Positions 43,161 to 54,578 of a DNA stretch of 64,000 bases are shown piece by piece. The stretch's first letter is position 1. Every line of letters starts with the position of its first letter. The notes under the pieces are model-generated. The model saw only the letters and a program-made list of their open reading frames with translations, did no database searches and was not told the origin of the DNA. The stretch is from Pocillopora damicornis (lineage: Eukaryota), in NCBI RefSeq assembly GCF_003704095.1, contig NW_020845359.1:1-64000 (forward strand), in the 5' to 3' direction. The position numbers and the translations under genes were made by a program.

Positions 43161-44339
43161 CCCGCCAAGAGTAAGAGGATCAAGTCGTGTGGCGTCACTA
43201 AGAACTCATGCTCAAAGAAACATTTTGAAAGTCAAGAAATTTAGGATTCTTCCAGGAGTTATTTGTTAAAGAGACTAGCCAGAAGGCTCATTTTGATTCA
43301 ATTGATTATTGATTAGTTTAATAATTTCAGAACGATCCTAGATACGAACATAGTTTGTCTTTATTTTTATTGGTTTTGTAATGGGACCTTTCAGCGTCAC
43401 CACGCGCATATAAAAGCAAGTTTAGCGTCTTTGTGATCAGTTCTTCGAAAGTTTTTGAGAAGTCTTAGTGAACTTTCGTCTTTTCGTCTCTTAAACCTTT
43501 GGCACAATGTATAAGTAGCTTTGTAACTTTGTTTTTCTTAGTTTAGTTTTCCAGCATTGGGCGAAAGTATACAAACAGATATTTTGTTGTATTGCCGTAT
43601 TTTCAATTGATTCGAGATTTAAAGGCCGAATTGTATCTGATGCAAGTGAACACCCACCCACCAATTTCTTGTAATTTTTTTCTTGCAATAAGAACAATGG
43701 GCAACCAGCCCCCACATTCTTGTAATTTTTGTATTGATTAACGTAGTTTGTGTTGGTTCATTTGTATTGTTCATTTTAATCTCGTTATCGGCGTTAAGAC
43801 CCAGCTTTTAACACGCGATTTTGATTATGTATTTCGCAACATCTCATCAGATTAATGAAACTTCGTTGTACTATTGTTTCCTTTTACGATCGATCGATCG
43901 ATTGTTTGATTGATTGATTGATTGTGGATTGATTGTGATTTTGATCGTTGATTGTGGTCCGGCGTTGATTGTGGTCCGTGGTTGATTACTTGCAAGATTA
44001 AAGATTGGTGTAAACGGTCAACTTTGGTCTGTCATTCTTCAATCTCGATCTGTAAAATAGCCCCCAAACACCTCGCTAACCTCGTCTTGGAGCGACACTC
44101 CTTGGAATCTTGTGAATTAGATTTTCTGTTCGCCGCAAGCGCACATTATTCCTCTTTTGTTTTTTGTGCTTCCTTAACTAATTTTTGTCGAAGAAGCGTA
44201 AGGTAAGGAACACACTGTAGAAGCAAAAACTTCTATTTACTGAGTTCGGTGATATTTTTGACTTTGGGATAATTGTCCTGTGTGAAAATTGTCCCTAGGT
44301 AAGGGTTCAATTAGGAAAGAAGGAACTATTTGCTGANNN

Positions 44340-44662
44340 NNNNNNNTGTAAACTGTTGCTACAACAGTTTCCCCAAATTTATCATTAAAATTAATTGTGA
44401 TAATAAATATCTCGTTACTTATATATGTAGCAAAATCGCACGTCAAGTTTTTAAACATGAAACTGCCATGCCAGTCTGAACTTGGAAATAATGTGGATAA
44501 TATGTGTCAAGAAAGAAATTCCCATTATTTTCATCTTTTTTTCCACGAACATTTGATTGCAGCAAAAGAATGTTAAGGTCAAGGTCCTTCCCTTTAAATG
44601 GACATTTTATCTCTGCTACTGTAGGGTCACAACACTGGCATTTTCTAATACCATCCACACTA
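44340..44662 (-). pseudogene. YqaJ/lambda-exonuclease-like fragment (ISL2EU/Harbinger-associated)
   Basis: DGIRKCQCCDPTVAEIKCPF..HYFQVQTGMAVS..TCDF. Confidence 0.8.
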
Positions 44663-45689
44663 TCCTATCCAAGAATAACTGCTTACTAATATAACTACTA
44701 CTAATAATGCTACTAAAATTTTTTCATCATAGTTGGGGGAAAATGGTAAAAAAAACAGGAATACCAGAACAGGGATCAATTTTTCTAAGTTTCTTTACAA
44801 AATCAATTTTTTCTATGTCAGTTGTTTCCTTTCTACCTTTCATGGGATTAGTAGATGTAGCAAAATTTAGCTGTTTCACAGAAGAGTTTGTTTTGTTTGG
44901 CACTGGTAGCTTCTGGAGATTGATTTGGCTTTTTCACAGTTGTTTTAGAGCACAAAGACAATATTTTTTAATTAAAGAAGATCTCTTTCTCTGAACAACA
45001 CAACAGGCCGAATGGGAGTTTCGTCGATTTTAAGAGAAATGCTGATTGGATATTGATAAAAGGAGGTCGCTAAATGGTTGAATTCCTGGTTTTCCCAAGA
45101 GCAGTCGATGACTGGGTCGTTATATGGATATTTCTAGTAGGCCGTTTCTTCACCCGAATCATTAATCCAATGTACCCAAAAAAATTGCTTGTTGCCTACG
45201 CTGATGCTCTGACAGCAATAAATCCTTCCAGGTTGTAAATGAACGCATCAGTGCGTGAATAGGGTACAAAGTACTTTCCATGCTATTGCTTGTTTATTTT
45301 TAATATTTTTTCAGATTTTCACTTTCAAATGCTCTCTGGAGAGGGACCAAAAGACTGTTAGAATAAAGAAAGGAGAGAAAATGGAAAGATATGGAAAAAA
45401 GCAGTGGCTCGCAAGAAGAGGCTCGAAGCTCGCAAAAAGCGGCTCCGGCTCGCGGGCTCGCACATTAGTTAAACTCTGAAACAAACGTCACAAACCCATC
45501 CTTCTTTCAAACCACCTATGATTATAGCTACAGAATCCAAGCAACCTGGTCAAGAACTGAGAAATCTCGTTCTCAAGTTCCCTCTGAGAATCACAGATCT
45601 TCTTCAATCTGAAATTCTCCACTTACATCATTGGAAGAGAAGGCCAAAGTGGTGGAGCATTTTGGAGTACATTTTCAGCGGATATTTTA

Positions 45690-46345
45690 TCTATTTTCAA
45701 ATTATTTCGATTTCAAACCTCATTGAGAAATCACTGAAATGGATGATCTCACGGTGTCGTCAGTCACGAAAATTTTTATGTCTGGGATTTGATTCCTGCT
45801 TGTTTTTCCGCAACATTGGACATGTCGGAGAATAAGTTACTGCTTTTAAAGGTTTTCCTCTAATGCCAAAACATCCCCAAACAATTGCAGGCTAACCATT
45901 GAAAAGGTTTTCATCCTTTTCCAAAAGATGGAAAATTATTAATTATGTACCTGTTGAATGAAGTCAATCGTATGTTTCTTCAAATTACGATTAATCCTCA
46001 TTAATGAAAAAAGATCTCGATCAGGGTGAATCCTCAGTTTCCTCAGTTTTAAAGGATTCGGCATTCTGATAATTCCAATCGATGAATTTTTTTACCTTTC
46101 AATTTTCTTGTATCCAATATATTTTCAAGAGCTTTCGCAAGACTCTCAATATTGTAATTTCCAGCTGGAATTTCTTCAACACTTACATGTTGTGTATTAG
46201 GAAAAGTGATTTGTCCATCTCTCTATAAGTTATACGTAAATTACAGAATGAGTAATTCAGTCACCCGATGAATTGGAAACTTTCGAAGGATTCTTTGCGA
46301 GCTGTGAAATGATTTGCGTCAACAACCACTGTATGTACAATCATT
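45690..46345 (-). pseudogene. Polinton/adintovirus minor capsid (penton-like) protein, decayed
   Basis: IPAGNYNIESLAKAL, LLEKDENLFNGxPAIV..FGIRGKP..VTY, IKIFVTDD..IIHF..MRFEIEII*: the pattern of single-jelly-roll minor capsid genes of Polinton-like elements. Confidence 0.6.
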
Positions 46346-46413
46346 TTTAATCATTTATAATAAAACGTTTACTTGGCTAAGATAAGATGACGCGAGGAGA
46401 ATTGCTGACAAAG

Positions 46414-46414
46414 C

Positions 46415-46446
<32 letters not shown>

Positions 46447-46448
46447 GT
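46414..46448. repeat. (GA)n microsatellite
   Basis: Direct reading of the sequence. Confidence 0.9.
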
Positions 46449-47234
46449 CTGGAATAATTTCAAAGCGAGATATCTCAACGGGGATTTGAGCAAATGCGGT
46501 GCACAAGTGAATTTCAATGAAAAAGACAAGCACTGGCTGAAGTATATTTCACGCACGATAATGGAGTTCAGTCGAGTTTCGAGATCCGACAGAAGACATT
46601 GGGGCAGTGATATGAAGAATGCATTGAGAGTAGGTAGTTTTCCTATTGAAGATACCCAGAACCGGGAGATTAAGCATGGTGAGAATGAGGTACCGGCAGT
46701 TTCATTTCATGAGGGTGCCAATTTTTTCCGAAGATCCTTGAATGAAGAGGTAAAAAGTTTCATACTCCAATGCAATACTTCAAAGCAAAGTTCAGAGAGA
46801 CGTTCACAAAAAAGAAAATTGAGCACGTCTCCGTGCAGAATCAAAGAGATGGCCTTCGGGCCCGATAGGAGATGCTGGCCTCAAAAGCTCAATTTCGTAT
46901 TCTGGTGTGTTACGAGTGAATGTGGAATCTCTCGCGAAACATTCGAACTTGTTGATGATTCAAAGATGAAATGTTTTTGATTTTTCACATCTATTTCACA
47001 GATAATAATTATGACATGCCATCGTTCAAATGAAGCTCTGCAGAACTTGGAATTTCACCGAGCAAGGACTTCCCTTTCAAAGAAGGAAATGATCACACCT
47101 TCGGTCAGTTTTCATTTCTGTGACTAATGCGAGACCGGTAGCAACTTCAAACTCATATCCTGGAGGCGGAAACAAGTTCAGTGATGAAGGTGGATTACCC
47201 AATAAAGGCGATCCGGTGCATGTGCATCCTTTGG

Positions 47235-47562
47235 GATGACAGGCTCGACATCTTTGTACCAGCTAGTAACATCGAGAACTGTCCATGCATACTTATAGAC
47301 TTTCCTTCCTCTTGGAAGTCTGTCATGAGGAAGGAGAAGAAGATCAGCTTGGTGAAATACATTTGGAGATTCAACATCAAAAGTCGGTCTCAGAATTTGC
47401 TTCGGAGCTGGCAAGTATATCTGCTAGATGGCTTGCTTCATCAGCAATAGCTTTGTAACATCTTCAAATACTCCAGCCTCTTGAACCAATTCCTTCACGC
47501 CAGCTAATCCTTTCCAACAGCCTTTCGAATAGTGGCAGATTCTTGAAAGTTTTATTTCCATT
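47235..47562 (-). pseudogene. rve (retroviral-like) integrase of Polinton/adintovirus type, N-terminal part
   Basis: YSKGCWKGLAGVKEL..KQAI*QIYLPAPKQILRPTFDV..HQADLLLLPHD..YKYAWTVLDV..YKDVEP. Confidence 0.85.
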
Positions 47563-47907
47563 TTTGTAATGGATTCATAAGAAGCAACCAATGTAAATCC
47601 AACGTAAATTATCTCAGCTTGTTTTTGTTGAACACTCGGTTCGCAAAAGTCTGAAAATTGTAGCTCAACTCCCAAATTTAATTCATCTTGGAAAACTCTG
47701 CTGTAAAGTTTCAAAGCATAGTAGGTATCAGTGAAACTCTGACCCCATTGCTCAATGCTCCTGTATATCGTCGCTATCCAATTGAGAAGCTTTGTTCACT
47801 TATCTTGATACTTCTCTTATGCCGCCTGGTACTTCTCCATAATGAGATTGTGACACTTCTCCTCTTAATCCGCTTTGCTCCGATCTCCAGTGAGGTTATC
47901 CGATCAA

Positions 47908-48500
47908 TCCGCCACCACAACAAACTCGCCACCGCTGAAAGTCAAATTGCCACTGGTGGCAATTTAACTTTTTCTTTATGTGTAGTCGTATGAAACTAAA
48001 TGAAAGCTAATATTGTATATTTTGAAAGAGGAAAGGGTCTCAGAAGTTATATGTGGCCTCTCAGTTATCGAACGTTGATCGTTAAGTGAAGTAAAACTTG
48101 TTAGCATCATTAAGATTATGGTCCGTTTGCGTAAAGCAAAACCAGAGTGATATTCGGCCAGTGATATTCGCTTGATGATTTTCGCCGACGTTTATTAAAT
48201 CGTATGAAAGTTACATCAAATAGAGGCAAAGAAGTAGTAGTATATTGCGACAAAGAGCAAGTACAAATAAACATCGCTTTTCGCAAATTGATCGTAATCC
48301 TCGTAATATCAACAAGTTTTATTCCATAATTGAGAGGCTACACATAACTTCTGAGTCCCTTTCCCTTTCGCAATGTACTATTACATCTTAGCTTTCATCT
48401 AGTGTGAATTTCACACGACACACTATGCTCAACGAGAAAGTCAAATCGCCATCGGTGGCAATTTGGCTTTCAGTGATGGTGAGTTTGTTGTAGTGGCGAC
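47908..48500. mobile_element. Foldback/MITE with ~160-bp TIRs
   Basis: cgccaccacaacaaactcgccaccgctgaaag..ggaaagggtctcagaagttat vs ataacttctgagtccctttcc..ctttcagtgatggtgagtttgttgtagtggcg. Confidence 0.8.
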
Positions 48501-49531
48501 TTAAACGTAAACCACTGTGATATATTTTTCGAGATTCCATCAACAAATGCAGTTGCATTAATGATCGCTTCACCAACCATGATTGCTAAGCTCGCCGTTT
48601 TATTTATTACTATTGTAAATACACTTCTGGAGTCTTTTCTTTACTTCCTTATTTCAACTTCACTTCTCTGATGACGGTAAGAAAGTCTTCTATCGGCCTT
48701 TCTTCTTCTCTTTCTCGTTCTCGTTGAATCCTGTCTTCTATATCACCATACCATTTTACGTTTACCATTTTTGATATCATCACAAAATTTTATTGTCGTC
48801 AAGATATTGTTTTGTCGCAGGAGAAGCTGCGATAGTCAGTGTGAACCTCACACAGTTCATGACACTGGAACTCAGATCAGAAGTCATTTACTCTTTGATC
48901 ACCTTATGATCCATCCATATCCAGTTGCAATCCCTGTTATCATTCTCGATGATCTGAATCACTTGAGGGTTCAGCCTCGAGAAAGTTCAGAACATTATTA
49001 ACAGCGTCTTTTTCAGTGTCAGTTATCTCCGTTTTAGAGAGGAAATAGGAATATTTTCGTTGAATTTCAAGATCAATGTGAATACAGACGTGAATACATC
49101 TCACTCTTGAGCAAACTCTTCTTTTCGTTATTCGTCAACTCCCCTGCATAACTCTCGAAGATAACCTCATCCTTTGCTGATGGTGTATAGAAGAGAACTA
49201 ATGAAGCGATTTTTTCTCTGAATGCCTTCGCAATTCTCTTTATCTGCTGTGTAAGGACTTAAATGCCGGTTCCTTTGTGTCCTGCGCTGATACCAGATTC
49301 ACGAGTTCATTCATTCGTCTACTTTTTTACATCTCTCGAAGTAGCGCAGTCATCGAGAATGATCCGTGTATTCGTTACCTCATGCACATAACTAATGGAA
49401 TTGAGCCAATCATCGATCTGATCTTGGAGTGCAGTCACTCAGAAGAAGTCCTTATCATTTTCTTCGAAACCATCATACGTCTTAAAGCTAAGTTTCTCGT
49501 TTGTCTCACGATGTAGTCACATGTGATGTAA

Positions 49532-49575
49532 ATCGCGACGTTTCGACTGCATACTGCTAGTCTCCTTCAGGCGAT
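49532..49575 (-). ncRNA. Second hammerhead copy in the inverted pseudo-LTR, core variant CUGAAGG
   Basis: Reverse complement reads atcgc-ctgaagga-gac..gtc-gaaacgtc-gcgat. Confidence 0.65.
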
Positions 49576-51246
49576 GAAGTCGGCTGGTCATGTGTGATCT
49601 TATAAAGCATGATTCTCTGCTGTGATTAGTTGTTTTTCAACCGCTCTGATTGGGGCATTTCGATCCTTGCTGTTCACTCAGTGATTTGCTCCCTCGGCGG
49701 TGCGCTGTCGCTGTCGTCGGCATCCACGCTTCTGGAATTTCTATTACACTATCCCTGTTGAAGTTGTTAGGGTGAAGCCTTATATGAATTCTCGCTGTAG
49801 CTTCGAGCTCGTTGGCGGATTCGGCACTGTTGTTTGGTTTTCCGGTCTTGGTAAGTTTCTGCNNNNNNNNNNAAGGATAACCATTAGAAACCAGAACAGA
49901 TGACAGATGTTTTTCTCTCGGAGATGACGGAGGATTTTGTTACGAGACGTTTAGCATGCTCGTAAAGGCACTTAACAACACCGCGTTTTACTGATCGAGG
50001 GTGGTGTGGCGATAAGTATTGATCGGTGTGCGTGGGCTTCCTGTATANNNNNNNNNNGAGGCGGCCGTCAGGTTCTCTTAAAACTGCGGTGATTTTGTTG
50101 TCTTTCTCTGTTTCCATGATGAAGCGGATGGAAGGCTGCTGGTTGTTTAAATGTTGTAAGAAGTCATCTACGTTTTTGCGATCCAGGATGGTAAAGGTAT
50201 CGTCCACGTAGCGTTTCCAGATCCTAAGCTCCTAGGATGATATAATTATCGCCTGTTCTTCGAAACTCTCCATGTAGAGGTTAGCAATGACAGCGGAAAC
50301 CGGACTCCCCATGGCGGCGCCGTCNNNNNNNNNNTAAATCGATCCGTTATACTGGAAGTATGTGGATCTCAATACAAAGGTCAAAGGTCAGCGATCTTTA
50401 CAGGCCTTAGCGGGGTGTGGTCTGCAAGGCTTGGGTCGTTCTCGAGTTTCTGCAGTGCGACTTGTACAGCGGTGTCGATAGGAACGTTGATAAACAGCGA
50501 TTCTACGTCGAAAGATACCATGATCTCGTTGTCTAAGATCGTCTCATTGCTCACGGTGGATACGATGTGGGCTGAATTGGTCACTGTGTACTCTGACTTT
50601 CCTATTAAAGGAGACAAGATGTCGGCTAAGGAAGCAGATAAATCATATGCGAAGGTGTTTACGCACGACACGATAGGTCTTTGTGGTACATTGGCCGTAT
50701 GGATCTTCGGTAAACCGTAGATTCTAGGTGGCTGTTTGTGACGGGGTCTGATCTTGTTGTAAAGGGCCTATGATAGATATCCGCTTCGCTTCTTCAAGGT
50801 AAGCAACTTTTCGGCCAACTTGCGGCAAGGTGTACATCGGAGAGACTGGAAGACCTATGCAAGACAGAATTAAGGAGCACGATCGAGACATTCGACTCGC
50901 CCGTACCGAAACCTCCGCCGTTTCAGAGCATGCTCACAACACAGAACACAAGCCACTCTGGAACGAAGTAAAGTTTATTGATCGTGACTCTTATTACAAC
51001 ACGCGTAGGGTCAAAGAGGCAATTCATATAAGGCTTCACCCTGACAACATCAACAGGGATAGTGGAATAGAAATTCCAGAAGTGTGGATGCCCACGATCA
51101 AAAAACACAACAACAGGAGAGCCGTGCGACAGCGCACCGCTGAGGAAGCAAATCACTGAGTGAACAGCAAGGATCGAAATGCACCAATCAGAGCTGTTGA
51201 AAAACAACTAATCACAGCAGAGAATCACGTATGACCAGTCGACTTC

Positions 51247-51290
51247 ATCGCCTGAAGAAGACTAGCAGTATGCAGTCGAAACGTCGCGAT
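51247..51290 (+). ncRNA. Minimal type I hammerhead ribozyme in the Penelope pseudo-LTR
   Basis: ATCGC-CTGAAGA-a-GAC(tagcagtatgca)GTC-GAAA-CG-TC-GCGAT: stem I, core, stem II, GUC cleavage site. Confidence 0.8.
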
Positions 51291-53077
51291 TTACATCACA
51301 CGCGCCTACATCGTGAGACAAACGAAAAACTTAGCTTTTATTGTTATTCACCACGATGATTAACCACAACCTTTTCTACGACATCGTACGTCTTGTTATG
51401 ATCAGTTGAATGTTGGACAGATGAGAAAAATGAAATCAACCTTTTTCTCGGAAGGTGCCGCTCAAGAGATTGACAAAGTATCTCGTCTTTCCTGAATTTT
51501 TGGTCCATCATTTTTTGGACTATTCAATGCGTTGAATGGAAAATTATCAGGATTCATTGTCATTTGAGAAGTTGATAAGTAACATTCACTGGCTCTCTTG
51601 ACAGAAAAAGTTTAACTTCGTAATGTGAACTGTAGGAACTCTAAAAAACATGAAATCTGGTACAGACTATTAAAGTGAATAGTACTTTCCTTGAGCTTCG
51701 ATTGGCTATGGTTGTCACTTTCGTAGAACTTTGAAATTCTCTATCTTTTCCCTGATAAACGTAATATTTCTCTGACCATCTGAATTAACAATTTCACAAA
51801 CGAACCCCGATAATGGCCTCCCACCTTCACTCACAGCCAGCCTCTTCATGTCATAACTTTATGCTTTCAGTACTTTCAGTTTTCAGTATTCATAAGTTTG
51901 TGCTTTCATTACAAGTGTTCATAGTTCCTTTCAGAGACATGGAAAAGTAATTGATTTTCACATCAGCTTGTCGTTCAATTTCATTACACTAATTTCTACC
52001 AATTCAACATGTCTCAGTGTGAATCGTACTTTGAAAGAATTTAAAATTTTAATAAACAATAAAAAAGAGAAAAATGTATAACTTCATTCATAAAGAAAGG
52101 GAAAGTCAGGAAGCTTGTCAGGAATCTGTCAACTGTCCATGAGTAACCATGTTACCCAGGAGTAACCATGTTACTCATGGACAGAAGAGAGCCAATACAA
52201 GATGAACGACTTCATATTTACTTTATGTTTCAATTCTCCTAGTTAGGAAAAGATTCTGCGTTCCAAAACCTCACCTTTTACTTTGATCAACTTGCTCTCC
52301 CTGTCTCTCACACTGTACTACTCTCAAGCTCTGGTCTCCCCCATTTAAATATGTATTAAATGATCCTTTTTTTCTAAATGCTCAAATTATCAGTCACCTT
52401 ATCGCAAAAATGAACCTGAAATCAGTTAATGTTGAATAATCACTGACACCTGACATCTTTCAATGAGGTAAATATTCTCTGGCTCAAAGTGAAATTCCCT
52501 GACTTTTCTCTAATCTTGAAGAACCTTAAGGTGACTTGTGATTCATTAGGATCGTCTAAATCGTTCCGGAACAACATAGAAGGAAACCATGCTTATGGTT
52601 AATCCCTAACAACTTGCATGCAAAAGAACAAAAACGTCAATAATTTTACGCTATGGCTAAATGCTCGACAGCCGGGTACGGTCTGAAAAAGACTAAATAC
52701 CCGGCAGCCAGAAATTTTCACAGAACTTCAACTGAAAGGTTCCTCCGAACTTCTAGGAACATCAGATTTTTTCAGAAAAGTCAAGCGATTCCAAAAATTA
52801 ATTTGTTGTCTTAGTGGACAAATTCTCTGAGCTTGTGATCAGATTGCCAGGCACTGTCTCGAATAAACTAAATGTTCACAGTTTCTTCAAAAACGTTCTC
52901 TCTGTAAGCCAAAAAATCAACATGTCAACAACAAGTAAACATGTTCCCTTTGCGGTATTTTGTTTGACTTGATGAAAAAAATATCCAGTAGCTTCATTAA
53001 GGTAAAACGGGACAACCTTTAACCTGTAAACTGTAAACCTTGTTCGGGATTCCATTGACAATCACCTTCACCTTCAG

Positions 53078-53462
53078 TGATGTCTTCTCACTGTCTCTAG
53101 CACCAGCGACATATGGTTCTTAGAATAGACTCGAAGAAGAAGTCCCTTCATTGACCTCCTTGGAACATTGATGCTGTCATTGATGATCGTGTCAGATCTC
53201 ATATCTGCTGAGATGAGTGACGTGCTCGAACATGAATTAATTTCTATTTCTGTAGTTATACAAGGCCTCATCAGTGAGTTCTTGACTCTGAATGACTTCA
53301 TACTCAAGCTGGATGTTGGTCAATTCATTGGCGGGCTGTGCCTCGTAAGATCCTATTACAACACTTACGACAGGTGCAAGTCTGAACTCTAAAAGAAGCT
53401 CATCAGAAAGAGCTCTCGGGAAGAAGACTCTGTGATCCTTCAGAATCTCGTTATCCAGTGAG
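53078..53462 (-). pseudogene. Polinton/adintovirus major capsid protein, internal fragment
   Basis: LDNEILKDHRVFFPRALSDELLLEFRLAP..ELTNIQLEYEVIQSQEL..FMFEHVTH..DTIINDSINVPRRSMKGLLL..EPYVAGARDSEK. Confidence 0.7.
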
Positions 53463-53664
53463 GATAGGGCCTCTTCGTAGCTCAAGTGGACCGCTGCTGG
53501 ACCGCTTAGACCGCGAAGCGGTCCCTTCCCGATGGGCCTTTATCCTTTTCTCCCAGTGAATGCAGGAGGCTCTTTATGCCCAATCTCTTTGGGGCAGGGG
53601 CCGCTTTGCGGCCCAAGTGGCTCAGATTTAAGGTTGGAAAAGAATTGAGATTGCCAAAAGGAAC

Positions 53665-53967
53665 TTGAGAATGAGATTTCGCATTACCAGAAGGTCGCAA
53701 AAATACAAGAGAGTTTCTCTGGCTAAAGCGAACCATCGTTCAAACAGAACACTCATCTCAAAGGCTTTGCGAGACGCTTGGATATCAGATACTAAATTCG
53801 CTTCGATAATGAGTGAGATCGAGAAATGTTTCGGTCTGAAAGCCAAGCTCAAAAAATATAATTCACAAAATGCTTTAGAGAAAGTTGATAATGTCACTCT
53901 CAGAGAGGAGATAAAAAAAATTTTTCAGAGAGAATTAGGCTCTCTCCTGACACTTGCAAAGAGTTGA
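53665..53967 (+). pseudogene. Conserved helical adintovirus/Polinton protein fragment (family sometimes annotated GasderminX)
   Basis: LISKALRDAWISDTKFASIMSEIEK matches the family pattern ISKALxDxxISDxEFxxIxxEVEKY (from memory). Confidence 0.5.
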
Positions 53968-54317
53968 GAATTTAATTTGAAAGAAAATCAAATGGCCTCT
54001 CACTGTTTATATCTAGCCATAAATTCTAAAGATATGCATAATAACCCGCAAACGGTTATTTAATACTTCTGTAACGTCAACGCATTCCAGATCTTCCTAA
54101 CAATTTGATACTCTTGAAGTAGATAAGAAACCTATTTTTACCTGCGCTGGTTGTTGGGGAGATCTGGAATAGATAGAATGGATGATGATCTTTTTGTTTC
54201 ACACATTCATTTATGTGATCAAATTGTAGAAGAGAAATTCGTGTGGTCGTTTTTGAGGCAATTCAAGATTTCAAAGAGGCAAATGTTTGATCGAAAATAA
54301 AATTCTTATTACATTTT

Positions 54318-54578
54318 TTAATTCTTCATCTCGTCTCTCTTCCTCTGGCGTTCGAATTTCTTGTATGTTTGATGAGATGGGTTTGGATATTCATAATGTC
54401 GAATCCCGTAAAATTCGAAAGCTAATTTTAGTGTCTTGCAAAAACCATCTAATTTAAGCAAAAATCCAGTCTGATGACTCATAAGCCATGCGGGTGTGAC
54501 ATAAGGAAATTTTTCATTGAAAATATTCTCCCAAGATTTTACGACATCTTTCTCATTAATATATATTTTTTCTGTCAT
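54318..54578 (-). pseudogene. Vsr/restriction-fold (PD-(D/E)XK) endonuclease of giant-virus type, truncated
   Basis: FNEKFPYVTPAWL..TGFLLKLDGFCKTLKLAFEFYGIRHY..H..FERQRKRDEMK. Confidence 0.75.

Larger units (their letters stand above)
49484..51381. mobile_element. Penelope-like retroelement: RT on - strand, GIY-YIG on + strand, inverted pseudo-LTRs
   Basis: RT VSFDVESLF, GAAMGSPVSAVIANLYME, WKRYVDDTF, YRKPTHTDQYL; endonuclease YIGETGR..RIKEH..SAVSEH..EAIHI; 49484-49790 inverted vs ~51015-51340; 13-bp TSD catc(a/g)tacgtctt at 49471-49483 and 51382-51394. Confidence 0.93.
49075..51565 (-). pseudogene. A32-like packaging ATPase copy 1, split by a Penelope insertion
   Basis: MNPDNFPF..DFIFLICPTF..HNKTYDGF | ..SYVHEVTNTRIILDDCA..VLTQQIKRIAKAFREKIASLVLFYTPSAKD. 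Confidence 0.8.

Noticed and set aside
46414-46448. (AG)n as a Polinton terminus
   Set aside because: No partner inverted terminus or 6-bp TSD found, and it lies between internal genes
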